A stretch of DNA of 64,000 bases, from positions 40,424,001 to 40,488,000 of the forward strand of contig OX597834.1 of assembly GCA_951406725.2 (NCBI GenBank). Direction: 5' to 3'. A program made the translations under genes and the position numbers. Origin of the DNA: Octopus vulgaris (lineage: Eukaryota). Below, in pieces: positions 42,709 through 58,334 of this stretch. The notes beneath the pieces were generated by a model, which worked only from the letters and a program-made list of their open reading frames with translations, made no database searches and was not told the origin of the DNA. The number at the start of each line of letters is the position of its first letter. Positions within the stretch are counted from its first letter, which is position 1.

Positions 42709-43038
42709 TATAAATATATATATGTATATTTATATATCTGTATGTGTGTGTGTGTGTGTGTGTGTAATGAAAATGAAAGTGTAAAGTGAAAGTGCGGAGG
42801 AGAAAGGGGGGATAGAGAAGAGAGTGGTATGGGGAAAAGTGAAAAACAGATAGAGAAAGAGGAAGGAAGGGAGAAGGGATATGGATAGAATACGAGGGAG
42901 GAGACAGAGGAGAGAATATGAGGGAGGTGTGACATCGATAAAGACAAGGGAAAGAAGAGAGAAGAAAGAAGCAAAGGAGACATGGTGAGAGAATGAGAGA
43001 GACAGAGAAAGAGCAGAGTACGACAGAGTGAGATCGAC

Positions 43039-43076
<38 letters not shown>

Positions 43077-44091
43077 GGAGAGAGAGAGAGAAAGAGAGAG
43101 ACAGAGAAAGAGCAGAGTACGACAGAGAGAGAGAAAGAGAGAGAGAGAAAGAAAGGGAGAGAGAGTATGGAAATGTGTTATTATAAGATGTAATGAGAAA
43201 GAGCAGGAAAGATGGAGGCGATTGAAAAATTGAAGAAAGAGGAGTAAAACAGAGTCAAATATGAGGGAGAAGGAGCAAAATGGTTTCTAATAAGGCAGAG
43301 AGAGGAAGAGAGAGTTGTGGTGATGGTGGTGGTGGTGGTGGTGGGAAGAACGGAATATAGAGAGAAAGGGAAAGAATGTATGAGAGGTGAAGGAGCAAGG
43401 AATAGAAAAATATATTACATGGAAAGAAAAAAAAAACGTTAATTGTAAATTGGAAGAAAGGATGATGATTGAAAACGATGAGTGAATGATGAAGGTGTTG
43501 GGGAAAGAAGAAGTTAAAAGTTCAATTCTACATAAAATGAGTTGAGAGACGTAATATGTGATGGAAAATAACAGCCGAGTCGCGGGTGACGCCACTGACT
43601 ACTTTAACAAAAGAAGGAAAAAGAAAATGGAAGAAGCAGACGATAATTTCAAGCTATAAAGGCTCACCATTTTGATTGCTAAACATTCTTCGTTGTCAAG
43701 CAACAAAATAGGAGATTGATCAAAATTCGATAAGTCGATTTGCATTTTGCATTTTTAAATTGCATGTATATGTGGAAATTTTTCCCTCCACCTCTTATTG
43801 TTAATATTTATTTAAAAAGCAAGGGATTTCGTCCAGACAATAGCAAACCAGATTGTATTCAATATGTTTCACTGCGTTGTCTAAAAATTCTTTCACAGAC
43901 ACCTTCAACTGTCAACCTAAAGACTGATTCCGATAAAATAAACCAGCTATAGGATTTTAAATGAAAAGCAGCTTTGAGCCAATTAATAGAGATAAAAAAT
44001 ATAAACAAACAAACACTATATATCTGTTTATTTTCTTTCCTTAAGCTCTTTATATAAACATTATGTCTTCTGTCTATCAAGCAATCAATCA

Positions 44092-44219
<128 letters not shown>

Positions 44220-44339
44220 GTATGTATATATATATATATAATATAATATATATATATATAATGTGTTATAATAGATGTATATCATATATATATGTGTATA
44301 TGGTAATTCTATATTACTATATTCACTCCTCCTTCCATT

Positions 44340-45260
44340 TTAGCGTTTTTCTTTTTCCAACTTAATATTTTTTTCCTTTTTGGCGTCTATTTGTAGGAAC
44401 TTTGCGTTCTTCTTTTCTCTTCCATTTGTACGCGTAGGTTCAACCCCTTCAAAAGGTGTTGGTTCCTGGAATGTGTCATACAGCCATTTCATAGGTTCTT
44501 CTAATCTGCCTGGCTCATTTTCTGTGAATCTCTTCTTCAATTGGTTTCTATGTCTTTTTCCAATACCTTTTCTGCTTTTAATTCCGTACATCATTTTGCC
44601 TATGTACTTTGTAATTTTTGCTTTCTTCCCAGTAATGTTTTCCTTTCTTATACGACCTCATGTACACCTTATCACCAATTTTGAAAGTTTGTAACAATTT
44701 GTAACAATTTGACGTTCGTTGGGGGAGGCATATTCCGTATTGCCGTCGCCCTTGATGGGTCTGGCCTTCGTCCCCTTTCGTCAATTACTTGACCTATATA
44801 TTTAATTTTTTTCATCAAAAATTCACACTTTTCCTCTGTTAGTCTAAACCCAAATTCATTTATTTTTCTGAATACTTTTTCAGTATGTTCGAAATGTTGC
44901 TCCAATGACTCGCTTTTTATCAAAATATCTTCGAGATAAACGATGGCGAAGTCGCAATCGTTTAGCATTGCGTCCATCACTTGTTGCAATATGGCAGGTG
45001 CCACTTTTACTCCAAAAAGTTGTTTGAATTCATCCAATCCATGGCGTGTGTTGATTGTTAAAACGTGTGATCAATCTTCCTCTGCTGTATCTGCAGATAA
45101 GCCTCCGAGAAGTTTAACTTCGAGAACATTTTCCCTCCATTTAATCTTGAGAACACTTCTTCTAGGTTTGGTAATGGATTATTGTGTTCGACTAAACCGT
45201 CATTTAATCCAGTTGAAAAGACCGCACACACAATTAGTTTGTTATTTTCAAAGACCAATT
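44340..45260 (-). pseudogene. Ty3/Gypsy pol remnant (RT joined to post-integrase C-terminus)
   Basis: PLPNLEEVFSRLNGGKMFSKL; FGVKVAPAILQQVMD...VYLEDILI (YLDD-like); KCEFLMKKIKYIG; then FKIGDKVY...KRHRNQLKKR. Confidence 0.9.
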
Positions 45261-45531
45261 ATTAAATTATAAACAAGAATTAACCTTGACTTGCTCGCAT
45301 TACCACCGAAAAGAGTTCACTGATTTGTTTGTTTTTATTACCTCGAAAAATTGTTTAATTAATTATTACCTAAGTTGGTAAGACTAAAGAACATTGTGTT
45401 TCATACAAACTGAATAGCCAGGAAGTTTTCATCAGTCGCGAAGAATGGATATACTGATATCACAGTTATTCCTCAGTTTCAGCTGTTTCCACCACATATG
45501 GATGAACAATGATTACGTAAATATTGATTTT

Positions 45532-45577
<46 letters not shown>

Positions 45578-45614
45578 TAATAATAATAATAATGATAATA
45601 ATAATAATAATAAT

Positions 45615-45812
45615 AAGGGCCCCACCTGCAAGGTCATGTGCTGTTTATCTTGATATGAGATCACCATGTCGCGCACCTATGGTTGTGATGCATGTGCCTG
45701 GTGTACCTTTATCAGACGGGTAGTCATGATGGGTATATTGGGCTTCGTATATTTTACCCCAGTGTCACTTTGATGGCATGCACTGCTCTCTCACTCAATA
45801 ATAATAATAATG
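45615..45812 (+). mobile_element. Probable non-LTR retrotransposon 3' end inserted in (TAA)n
   Basis: Unique ~180 bp bounded by TAA repeats on both sides, ending CTCTCTCACTC-AATAATAAT. Confidence 0.45.
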
Positions 45813-45824
45813 GATTCAACTCGA

Positions 45825-46024
45825 GAAACAAGGCCAACAATTGGGAGAGGGTATAAGTCGATTATATCAACCCCAATGCTCAACTTGTATTTATTATATC
45901 GACCCCAAAAGGATGAAAGTCAAAGTTAACATCGGCGGAATTTGAACTCTGAACATAAAGACGGACGAAATGCGAGAAAGCATTTTCGTCCGGTGCGCTA
46001 ACGATTTTGCCAGCTCACCGCCTT
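45825..46024 (-). mobile_element. SINE family 2
   Basis: TATCGACCCCAAAAGGATGAAAG...GCCAGCTCACCGCCTT. Confidence 0.85.
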
Positions 46025-46299
46025 GTTATTAATGATATAATGATAAAAATAAAATCATTGTTGTTGTCATCATGGCCTTGATGAGTAAATTAATAAGGGA
46101 ACATCTTGGACAAATTCACCTGTATATAGATATAGGTGATTAAGAGTCGAGTGTTCATGTATACAGATATATATATATATACATATGTATACATATTTTC
46201 GAGACTGTATATGGCGCTTACTCTTTCATCATTATCCGTCTCTCACACTCTTCTTTTCTATCCCCTGTTGTTTCTTCTTTTCCTGCCATTCGTTTTTAT

Positions 46300-46367
<68 letters not shown>

Positions 46368-47123
46368 TCTCTCTCTTTCTCCTTCTCTCTCTCTGTCTCC
46401 TTCTCTCTCTCTTTCTCCTTCTCTCTCTCTTTCTCCTTCTCTCTCTCTCTCTCCTTCTCTCTCTCTCTCTCCTTCTCTCTCTCTTTCTCCTTCTCTCTCT
46501 CTCTCTCTCTCTCTCCTTCTCTCTCTCCTTCTCTCTCTCCTTCTCTCTCTCCTTCTCTCTCTCCTTCTCTCCTTCTGTCTCTCTCTCTCTCTTTATCCTT
46601 CTCTCTCTCTCTCTTTCTCTCTCTCTCATCGTTAAGATGTTCTGCAAACTATTTCCAAACATGCGTATTCCAAGTGATTTATGACACTTTGCACAATGAT
46701 AAACATTTTTAATAATGTATGACCTGCTCGACCAGACAACTGCCTCAATATTCAGACTAATTAATGAATCCTATTTCTAAACTGATCTTGTCAAGTGATA
46801 CACTAAAACCGCCATTTTTACCATTGTTTTGTTTGCTTTTCAGACGAAAACACCGCCATGTTGTAAAAACAGCTCTCGCCTCGTTGTCTGTGTCTGGATG
46901 GAGATGAATTCAACTTGCTCTCGTTTTAATTTATTCATCAAGGTCATGATAAAACGACGATGCGTTTTTCATTATCTGATCAATAACATAAAAAACACTG
47001 TTAAATAATTGTTACTCAAAATTCATGTTTTCCAACTTGCTAACTGAATTATTTAATCTATGTTGTTGAGACAGCTGTAACCGTAGAATAAATGTGAAAG
47101 CAGTGCCACGATTCTTTTGCTTG

Positions 47124-47202
<79 letters not shown>

Positions 47203-47524
47203 GGGAGTGGTGGTGGCATATGATGTTCTGGTGCAGAATAGAGAGAATTTAAAACAAACTTAAAGTAGCTTCTACATATTTAGGTCACCATTCGTCAAGT
47301 TCAGATCATACGGTTGTGTATGCGACCAAAGGATAATTTATTATTCGGTCCACACGTTACATATAGGATGTTAGCGGAATTTTGTCGGCAATGTGCAACA
47401 TAAAAAAATATACAGACATATACATATACATACATACATAATACATACATACATACATACATACATACATACATACATACATACATACATACTTACATAC
47501 ATACATACGTACATACATACATAT

Positions 47525-47596
<72 letters not shown>

Positions 47597-47605
47597 TAGC
47601 AAAAA

Positions 47606-47643
47606 CTGTCCGATGAACGGCAACGGGAAACTCAGAGTAACAG
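47606..47643 (+). ncRNA. Type I hammerhead motif (C4 variant) in (TA)n island 47595-47680, family B
   Basis: CUGU-CCGAUGA-ACG-GCAA-CGG-GAAACUC-A-GAGUA-ACAG. Confidence 0.6.
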
Positions 47644-47676
47644 ATCTTGTTGAATTTTCTGCTGCTTTAAATAAAT

Positions 47677-47745
<69 letters not shown>

Positions 47746-47749
<4 letters not shown>

Positions 47750-47843
47750 AGAATTCACGAAAAAAACAAAAGACGAAGACAGGTGGCGTAGAAAACAAAC
47801 AGATGTATTAGTATAACGCTCGGGAATTGAAAAAGTCTTTAAC
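47746..47843 (-). mobile_element. Truncated Penelope-like remnant homologous to 1908-1995
   Basis: AAAAAACAAAAGACGAAGACA...ACGCTCGGG...AAAAGTCTTT shared with the 1908 copy. Confidence 0.6.
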
Positions 47844-48153
47844 ACTGACCTCATTTTAACAGATATATTTACCAAAATTACATAAAAATATCTTGAAATA
47901 CAAAAGAGTAAATTTATTCAATAGAATCGCCATTGGCTTCAACAACGGTCTCCAGACGACTTCTGAATCTCCTGCAACTCTTGTGGACGATCTCCTTGTT
48001 TAAGATGGTCAATGCTGCCATAATCCTTGCCTTCAGTTCATCTTTGGTGTTATAATGAGTTTTGTTGGTCTCTCGCTCAACTGCGCCCTACACATAATAA
48101 TCAAGGGGGCTGCAATCTGGAGGATTATGTGGCCAGGTGTTAGGGCTGGGGTG
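47843..48153 (-). mobile_element. Tc1/mariner-superfamily transposase C-terminus and 3' end
   Basis: Manual translation WPHNPPDCSPLDYYV*GAVERETNKT...[20 protein letters not shown] (WPxNSPDLNPLDY-type motif); stop at 47914-47916. Confidence 0.85.
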
Positions 48154-48951
48154 ACAGGGAAATGCGAGAGAGGGGGGAACGAAAGAACGAAGAGTGGAAT
48201 GAACGAATAAGCGTGAAAGGGGCTGATAGAAAGAAAGAATAGAGTCGTACAAGATTTAGATAAATATATTCTTACATATGAGAGACCAAAGTGTATGTAT
48301 TTATATATATACAGTGTATATATATGTGTGTGTGAGAGTGTGTGTATTATTCATCTTATATTACTACGCTCCACTTATAATCAAGTGGCCACCCCTACAC
48401 CCCTACTCCTATACCCCAAACCTTATCCCCTCCCGCCTTCCACGGCCACCCCGACAACCCAACCTGGCCGCCCTCACCAGTCTCTGGCGACTAAACCACG
48501 CGACCAACTAATTCACCATATTCTAGACATTTATCTCACTCGGTTTGTTCCTCAATATACACACAAGACGCGATCAAAGCAAACTTTTGATCTGTCCGTT
48601 CTAAGATATCGGTGGATCCTTTTATAGCAGAACCATTTCACATTAGCACCACATCATTGGTGATTCCTTACTTCTCCACAGACACAACAATAAAAATATT
48701 CTTCTTAAACTCTTGGCATTAGTTTCTTTGCTTTTTTTGTTGTTGTTGTTTTGTCATTTTATTTCGTTTTATCTCTTGGCCTTTTTTCTTCTCTTTTCTT
48801 TTTCTTAATCATCATCATCATCATCTTCTTCTTCTTCTTCTTTTTCTTCTTCTTCTTCTTCTTCTTCTTCTTCTTCTTCTTCTTCTTCTCCTCTTCTTCT
48901 TCTTCTTTTTCTTCTTCTTCTTCTCAATTATCATCGTCGTCGTCATCATCA

Positions 48952-49014
<63 letters not shown>

Positions 49015-49020
49015 TATCAT

Positions 49021-49051
<31 letters not shown>

Positions 49052-49055
49052 GTCG

Positions 49056-49094
<39 letters not shown>

Positions 49095-49169
49095 ACAACA
49101 ACAACACCGACAACAACAACATCATCATCACCACCATTATCATTATCATCATCATTATTATGATTATTG

Positions 49170-49244
<75 letters not shown>

Positions 49245-49245
<1 letters not shown>

Positions 49246-49435
49246 GGCGGTGAGCTGGTGGAATCGTTAGCTTGCCGGGTGAAATGCTTAACGGTATTTC
49301 GTCTGTCTTCATGTTCTGAGTTCAAATTCCGCCGAGGTCGACTTTGCTTTTTCATCCTTTCCGGGTCGATAAGCTAAGTACCAGTTGCGCATTGGGGTCG
49401 ATGTAATCGACTATCCCCCTCCCCCAAATTTCAGG
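49245..49435 (+). mobile_element. SINE family 2 monomer
   Basis: AGGCGGTGAGCTGG...GAGTTCAAATTCCGCCGAGGTCGAC. Confidence 0.9.
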
Positions 49436-49439
49436 CGGT

Positions 49440-50576
49440 TAGGGTATTTTCCATGCAGGAGTTTACCTTTCCGGCTGTCTTCGATATTATTCGTGCAAGC
49501 CTTCTTTGCTTATTGTTTTTATGTTTTTTGTATGAATGATAGGTTTGTCACTATTTGGATCTCTTTGGTTTTTCTGATTGTAAATCAGGAGAAGCAATGA
49601 TAGATCTGTCAGAATGTGGGTGTCTTTGGTCATTCTTAGTGTTAACTTGTAGGCCAAGAGATCTTTTGAAATTTCTAAGTTTGCTTGTAATCTTGCTTCA
49701 GTGAAGTTCGTAAGAGTACATCACTTGCTGTATTGAGGTACTTTTCAAGGCCTATTATTGCTGATTTGAAGGATTGTTCAAGCTGTATCAGGCCCCTTCA
49801 CCCTATTTTTCTTAGGAAATAAATCCTGTCTACATCTGACTTTGGATGGTGCATTTGGTACCTTGTAAAGATTTTACGGAACTTTCCATCTATATACTGC
49901 ATGTCAGTGAGACTCCACTTAATGATGCCGAAGCTATATGTGGTTACTGGTATGGGCAAAGAATTGATCGCATTAATTTTGTTAGCAGCATTTAATTCTG
50001 AGTTTCGGACCATTCTTACTCTTCGGTAGCATTCCTTGCGGATTTTCTCTTTCATTTTAGAGTGCTAGATACCATTACCTTCATCGTTTCCAAGATATTT
50101 GTATACTTCGGATTTGTCTAGGTTTCGAATAGCTGTGGTAGTATCAAGTTCTATGTTTTCTACCTTTATGATCTTCCCTGCCTTGAAAGTAGCCTTTGCA
50201 CATTTATCGAGTCCGAATTCCATATCTATATCAGAGCTGAATTCTTTGACAATATTCAGGAGCTCTTCTAATTCTTTGTCGTATCTGGCAAACAGTTTTA
50301 GATGATCCAAATAGAATAGATGATTAATTTTCTGGTCAATGATCTTATACCCTCTCTTAGCATTATTCAGTTGCGTGTATAAAGGCAATAGAGCGAAGCA
50401 GAATAGTAATGGTGATAATGAGTCACCTCGAAACATACCTCGGGCGATATTGATGTTTGGTGAGGTTGTATATCCTTGTGTATGATTTAAAATGGGGATG
50501 GGTCTCCACGAATTCATGATTACTTTTAAAAAGTTCACAATTGCTGGAGTTGTCTTGTAAATTTCCAAGGTCTTGA
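49440..50576 (-). pseudogene. R4/Dong-like non-LTR retrotransposon RT fragment
   Basis: RGMFRGDSLSPLLFCFAL, INHLFYLDHLKLFA, FGLDKCA, YKYLG, HHPKSDVDRIY; stops and frameshifts; abuts (TAA)n. Confidence 0.85.
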
Positions 50577-50588
50577 TTATTATTATTA

Positions 50589-51065
<477 letters not shown>

Positions 51066-51077
51066 TTATTATTATTA

Positions 51078-51174
<97 letters not shown>

Positions 51175-51255
51175 TATTATTATTACTGAAACAAGTAAAA
51201 GAGAGTAAAAGAGTATACAAACACACATACATACATACATACATACATACATACA

Positions 51256-51287
<32 letters not shown>

Positions 51288-51792
51288 ACTTACGTCCATC
51301 CCGTTCAAGATATAGGGCAACCTAAAATTCTATATAAAGGACACCTATATGAACACAATGCCCATTTCCTCACTGACGAGATTGATCAAGCAATCGAAAC
51401 ACAGTGCGTCTGGTGTAAAATAAATATCTATTTCATTATAAATATTCTAACTTCTTAATGTAGTTTGTTCATACGTATACATCTATGCTTATTGAATTAT
51501 TTCATCTTAGTCTTACCGCGATATATCGAGCACTCCGTTAACATAACAATGATACATTGACAAGATCAATCAGGAAAAAAATATACATACCTATGTACAG
51601 ATATATGTGTATGTTTATGTGTATGTTTATGTGTGTGTATGTGTGTGTATGTGTGTGTGTATGTGTGTGTGCACATATCATAGACAGACAGACAGAGAGA
51701 AACAGATAAAGATATACATTAACATATATATTGTTAAGGATTTGGGTAGGTGTGTCCTGCTGTGTCACTGTCTATTTATCTGTCGCTGAGTT

Positions 51793-51887
51793 TCCTTCTT
51801 CCCTTCTTTCCTGAGCGTCCAATAATGCTTTATTTGTTCCACGTCCTTGCGTTGTTGTGTTTTTTTTTTTGTTTTCTTGTTTGGATG

Positions 51888-51891
<4 letters not shown>
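51793..51891 (+). mobile_element. Family A Penelope-like remnant, 3' part only
   Basis: CTGAGCGTCCAATAAT...TTTGTTCCACGTCC matches 7560-7642; followed by (TA)n. Confidence 0.7.
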
Positions 51892-51924
<33 letters not shown>

Positions 51925-51927
51925 CAA

Positions 51928-51975
<48 letters not shown>

Positions 51976-51978
51976 CAT

Positions 51979-52104
<126 letters not shown>

Positions 52105-52549
52105 GTGTATACATATATATGACTGTGTGTGTGTGTGTGTACGTGCGTATAACTGTGTGTGTGTGTACGTGCGTATAACTGTGTGTGTGTGTGAATGTAC
52201 TCGCGCGCACACATACACACACACACACGTCAATATCAATTTTCATCGATAATTCCTCAGTGCATTCCTGCAGATGTTAGGTACAGTACAAAGGGAAATT
52301 ACAGGCAACTAGAAACTTCCACGTCCGTTCTCACACTCTCACACGCTCAGTCGCACACACACACACACACATACACACACGCGCGCGCGCTTACAGACAC
52401 ATAAATCCATATATACAAACGCTCGTCCACACGAATAGATGGACAGTCGAAGGCAAACAGTCAGAACCTCTTACAAACCCATTAATTATTGAAATTGAAG
52501 GGGGAAAATATAGATATGTTCCATTGCAAGTGTGTGTATGTGTAATGTG

Positions 52550-52613
<64 letters not shown>

Positions 52614-53579
52614 GTCTGTGCATGACCTCCAACCAATTATAAACATACGTAATTTTTTTTTTTTGCTTTGTAAAGCTACAGAATGACCTACATCGATGTG
52701 TTCGGAATGATTATACATACACACTTATACAAATGTATATAAATATATATATACACACACATATATATATGTATACACATACACACACGCACACACACAC
52801 ATATACATACAAACACTCATACATATAATTAAGCGCAAGCACACTCATTGATCATAATTTGAGATTCATGTGTATAATATATATAAAACTATATACGCAT
52901 ACACATAGGCATGTGTACCTATAAACATATATATATATATGTGTGTGTGAGTATGTGCGAGTATGTGTGTGTGTATGTATGTATGAATGTATTATGTATG
53001 TTTGTGCGCACGTGCGCGTGGCCACGCACAGGCACCGAAATTTGAAGTTTTAGAAAAATGCATATAAACGTGTGTGTGTGTGTGTGTGTCTATTCATGCA
53101 CATATATATATATATGTATATATATATGTGTGTGCGTGTGTGTCTATTCATGCATATATATATTATGTATATATATATATATGTGTGCGTGTGTGTCTAT
53201 TCATGCATATATATATATGTGTGTGTGTGTGTGTGTTGTGTTTATTCATGCATATATATAAAATATGGAGATGTCGATTCATACATATATACATACATAC
53301 ATACATACATACATATAAATATATATATATATATATATATGTATGAATAGACACAGACACAAACACACACGCACGCACACATACAAACAGGCACTCACTC
53401 AAGTACCCACACACATATACACACACACGTATAGGTGTACACGTGTACGTATGTTACGCACACGCACACATACCATCTCGCACCGAGTCACGGTTTGTCT
53501 CCGTAAACGTCTGTGAAGCCATTAAAGTCGATTCCCGTCAATGGTTTACTTTGATGGAAATACTGAATAAATAACTGCT

Positions 53580-54027
53580 TCATCGCTGAACATCATCAGC
53601 ATCAGCATCAGCGTCAGCGTCCACAGCAGCAGCAGCAGCAGCAGCAGCAACATCATCGTAACCGCCGCCGCCGCCGCCACCATCACCACCACTCTGACCA
53701 CTATCATCACCACCACTACCACCATCATCGTTGTCGTCATTGTCGTCATCGTCGTCGTCACTACCACCACCGCCACCACCAGCTCGAGCTCCACCCCCTC
53801 CTCTATCATCACTGCCATCTCTATCCCTATCGTCGTCGTCGTGATCATCATCATCGTCAACATCATCATCATCATCATCATAATCATTATCGTCATCATT
53901 GTCACCATCATCATCATCGTCATCGTCATCATGGTCACCATCATCATCATCGTCATCATCATAATCATCATCATCATCATCATCATCATCACCATCATCA
54001 ACATCATCAACATCATCATCATCATCG

Positions 54028-54062
<35 letters not shown>

Positions 54063-54600
54063 GTCATCACCATCATCATCGTCATCATCATCATCGTCGT
54101 CGTCATAAGTAATCGTTATCAGCAGGATCACCCTAAGCATAGTCATCGTCATCATTATCAGCAGCAGCAGCAGCCGCAGCAACAGCAACAGTAGCCTTAT
54201 CATCATCATCATCATCATCATGAACAGCAGCAGCAGCTTCATTCTCGCGATCGTCATCATTGCCATCGACGATACACATCGCCATCGTCCGTCGTCATCA
54301 TCTTGAAGAGCAACACACCCCACCGTCTCAACCACCACCACCAACACCTCAAGCACCACCACCATCGCGATAATCATCCTCATCATCATTGTGATGATCG
54401 TCGTCTTCGTCGTGATAATCATCATCATCATCCCCATCATCATCATCATCACCACCACCACCACCACCATCATGATCACCATCGTCACCACCATCATGAT
54501 CACCATCGTCACCACCCCCACCGCCATCATCGTCAGCATCCTGCACCACCACCACCGCCACTACCACCACCGCCACCACCACCAACACCACAACTCCAAA
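53580..54600 (+). repeat. CAT/CAC/CGT trinucleotide low-complexity region
   Basis: Direct reading. Confidence 0.9.
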
Positions 54601-54797
54601 GCTGATCATTGATCACCGGTGGATGTAACTGATTGTCCATTGATGTCTCAACATGATGTCGGCAGTCAATCTTTCTCTCCATATTCCCCAGACAAATCGA
54701 AGGATCTGCTGCCATTTTACACTTTATTTATTTGGTGTTCTAGAATTTCATGCTTTCATAGCAAAAACAAGAGGTTCGTAAATGTCACACACACACA

Positions 54798-54838
<41 letters not shown>

Positions 54839-54902
54839 GCACACACAGACGCACACACAGACGCACACACACATGTATACACATATATACCTATATATAC
54901 AA

Positions 54903-54999
<97 letters not shown>

Positions 55000-55104
55000 C
55001 AAATGTATATATATATAAATACAAATGTATATATATATATATACTGATATTGAAAAAGTAAAATCAAACAATACATATATATATACATTTATATATATAT
55101 ATAC

Positions 55105-55149
<45 letters not shown>

Positions 55150-55779
55150 AAACATATTAGTCATCTTATATGTTTTATGACCATACACAGATACGCAACA
55201 CGTACGCTCGTACACACACACACACATATGCATATATATATGTATATGAGTACATAAATATATATATATATGTGTATATATATAGATATGTATATATGTA
55301 TATATGTATATATATATGTGTGTGTGTGTGTATATATATGTATATATATGTATATACTGTATGTGTGTGTGTGTGTGCATTCATGTGTATATGCATATTT
55401 AAACCAAAACTGCATATGTATATGAAAAGAGAGAGAGGTTATCAGATTGGTAGATATGTTGCTATGTATATGCATGTATGAGTGTGTATATGTGTGTGTG
55501 TGTCTATCTGTATACTCACACATACGAAGACACGCACACACAGCATACATACACATCCATACACACACACATACACACACACACACACACACATTCACTC
55601 TCTCCCTTACATTCACACTTGTATTAAAAATTATCAAATCCCATCAAACTCCATAAACCACCACCACCACCATCACCACCCACCCACCCCTTCCTCCCTG
55701 TCCCTGTTTCTCTCCCCCCCACACACACTCCCACCCCCTGATCCCTCCCCCACCCGGCTTCTGTTTGGAAACAACTGCT

Positions 55780-55800
55780 GCCGCCATTTGCACCGGAAGT
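55780..55800. promoter_or_regulatory. Adjacent YY1-like (GCCGCCATTT) and ETS-like (ACCGGAAGT) motifs
   Basis: Both motifs fall within 21 bp in a short non-repetitive island; motif match only. Confidence 0.25.
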
Positions 55801-56018
55801 TGCCGACATAATGACTACAGCGCAGCATCATTCCGCTGATTGCTATCTATCACCGATGTGGAAACCGATATCGATGGAGCTTTCAATGGTGGTGGTTGTG
55901 GTGGGGTGGGGGAAACTATCGATATCCACAACAACAACAACATCAATAACAGGTGCAGAGCAACAACAGCAACAACAACAACAACAACAGCAATAACAGC
56001 AATAACAGCAAGAGCAAA

Positions 56019-56063
<45 letters not shown>

Positions 56064-56155
56064 TACCGCTGCTGCTACTACTACTACTATTACTTCTATA
56101 ACTATTACTACTACTACAACTACTACTACTATTATTACTACCACTACCGCTGTTG

Positions 56156-56207
<52 letters not shown>

Positions 56208-56299
56208 TACCGCTGCTGCTACTACTACTACTATTACTTCTATAACTATTACTACTACTACAACTACTACTACTATTATTACTACCACTACCGCTGTTG

Positions 56300-56333
<34 letters not shown>

Positions 56334-56342
56334 AACTATTAA

Positions 56343-56383
<41 letters not shown>

Positions 56384-56465
56384 TAACTATTACTACTTCT
56401 ACTTCTACTACTACTACTACTACTACTAATACTACTACTAATACTCATAATAATAACAACAGTAA
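56019..56465 (+). repeat. (ACT)n region with a 144-bp higher-order duplication
   Basis: ACCGCTGCTGCT at 56065 and 56209. Confidence 0.9.
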
Positions 56466-56484
56466 TAATCCTTCCTATGAAAGG

Positions 56485-56642
56485 TACAAGGCCTGGAATT
56501 TTGGGGGTAAGATGACTAGTCTATTACATCGACTCCAAGTGTTTCACTGGTACTTGATTTATCGACCCCCGAAAGTAGGAATTTGAACTCAGAACGTAGC
56601 GACAGACGAAATGCTGCTGACGATTCTGCCAGCTCGACGCTT
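56485..56642 (-). mobile_element. SINE family 2, internally deleted
   Basis: ACTGGTACTTGATTTATCGACCCC...GGAATTTGAACTCAGAACG. Confidence 0.8.
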
Positions 56643-56685
56643 CGTAGAATGATGGTAAATAATATCATCCATTACAAGAAACGGT

Positions 56686-56725
<40 letters not shown>

Positions 56726-56879
56726 GCAAGTGCAGTGGCATCAAGAAAGCAAGAATGTATTATAACTTAACTTCAGAATGCAAGAGGACAAGAGAGATAA
56801 CGGAGTCCTGCGGCCGAAAATAGAGCACCTGGGGGGGGGGAGGGGGGGGACAAACAGCAACAGGATTAGTGACAGGATG

Positions 56880-57199
56880 CATCAGCGTCATCATCTTCAT
56901 CATCATCATCGTCGTCATCCCCATCATCGTCATTATCGTCATTATTATCATCATCACCATCATCATCGTCGTCGTCGTTGTCATCATCATCATCATCATC
57001 ATCATTATCGTCGTCGTCGTCGTCGTCATCATCATCATCATCATCGTCGTCGTCGCTGTCATCATTATCGTCGTCGTCGTCGTCATCATCATCATCATCA
57101 TTATCCTCATCATCGTCATCATTATCATCATCGTCGTCGTCGTCGTCGTCATCATCATCATCATCATCGTCGTCGTCGCTATCATCATTATCGTCGTCG

Positions 57200-57267
<68 letters not shown>

Positions 57268-57360
57268 GTCATCCTCTTTTTTATCATCAGCATCATCATC
57301 ATCACCATCATCACATTCAACGGCAACAGTAGCAGTAGTGGTAGCAGTAGTAGTTGATGT
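56880..57360 (+). repeat. CAT/CGT trinucleotide repeat
   Basis: Direct reading. Confidence 0.9.
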
Positions 57361-57516
57361 TGTTGTTGCTGTTGTCGTAGTTTACTGTTCGTTGTTGATG
57401 CGAATAGAAATGTCCACTTGTTTCGATGCTTCTTTACGTAACGCTGTCCGCCGAGATTACGCTGTGGGAGTGAGGGGGGGGGACAAAAGGATTATTAGGT
57501 GGAAAGAAGATAAGCA

Positions 57517-57554
<38 letters not shown>

Positions 57555-58210
57555 CATGCACAAACACACATACATGCATGCAAACACACAACACACACGC
57601 TCGCACGCACACACATACACACACAAGCACACACACACATGCATGCACACACACATACACGCACAAGCACACACACACAAACCCACGCACGCACACACTA
57701 AAACACACACGGACACACACACATGGAGCCGGTTGCAAATACCGCGAGGCATTTGTTTACTTTCTTCTCTCGAAAGGAAAAGAATTTCAATAAATCAAAT
57801 ATTTACCTAGTATAGCATTAAACATATCTCTTTATCCGACTCCATTGTCTATATTTATATTACTGCTGCCAGCTCCGACCTACTTCTTTTAGCTCTTTGC
57901 ACACACACACACACACACACACAAGAACGCACATACTCATACATACATGTATGTATGTATGTAGGTAGGTAGGTAGGTAGGTAGGTAGGTAGGTAGGTAG
58001 GTATGTCGACAATGGCTTAACTGTCCAAAACTTCGAAGTCACTGTCAGTAATCTTGTTTAAGAACGATAAATTGTACTCAACAAAAGTATAGAATAACCC
58101 ATCAGATTAATATAAAATTGTTTTTATTATAACTAAACATAAAAACAAATTAACAACATATATATATGTTGGCGGGGACAAATACAGACACACAAACATA
58201 TACACACACG

Positions 58211-58268
<58 letters not shown>

Positions 58269-58269
58269 C

Positions 58270-58334
<65 letters not shown>

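Noticed and set aside
54533-54715. Short ORF with a good start context ([10 protein letters not shown]...)
   Set aside because: Runs into a GGT repeat and stops; no recognisable homology or splice donor.
53546-57793. Poly-Met/Asp/His/Ser/Thr ORFs
   Set aside because: Trinucleotide repeat translations.
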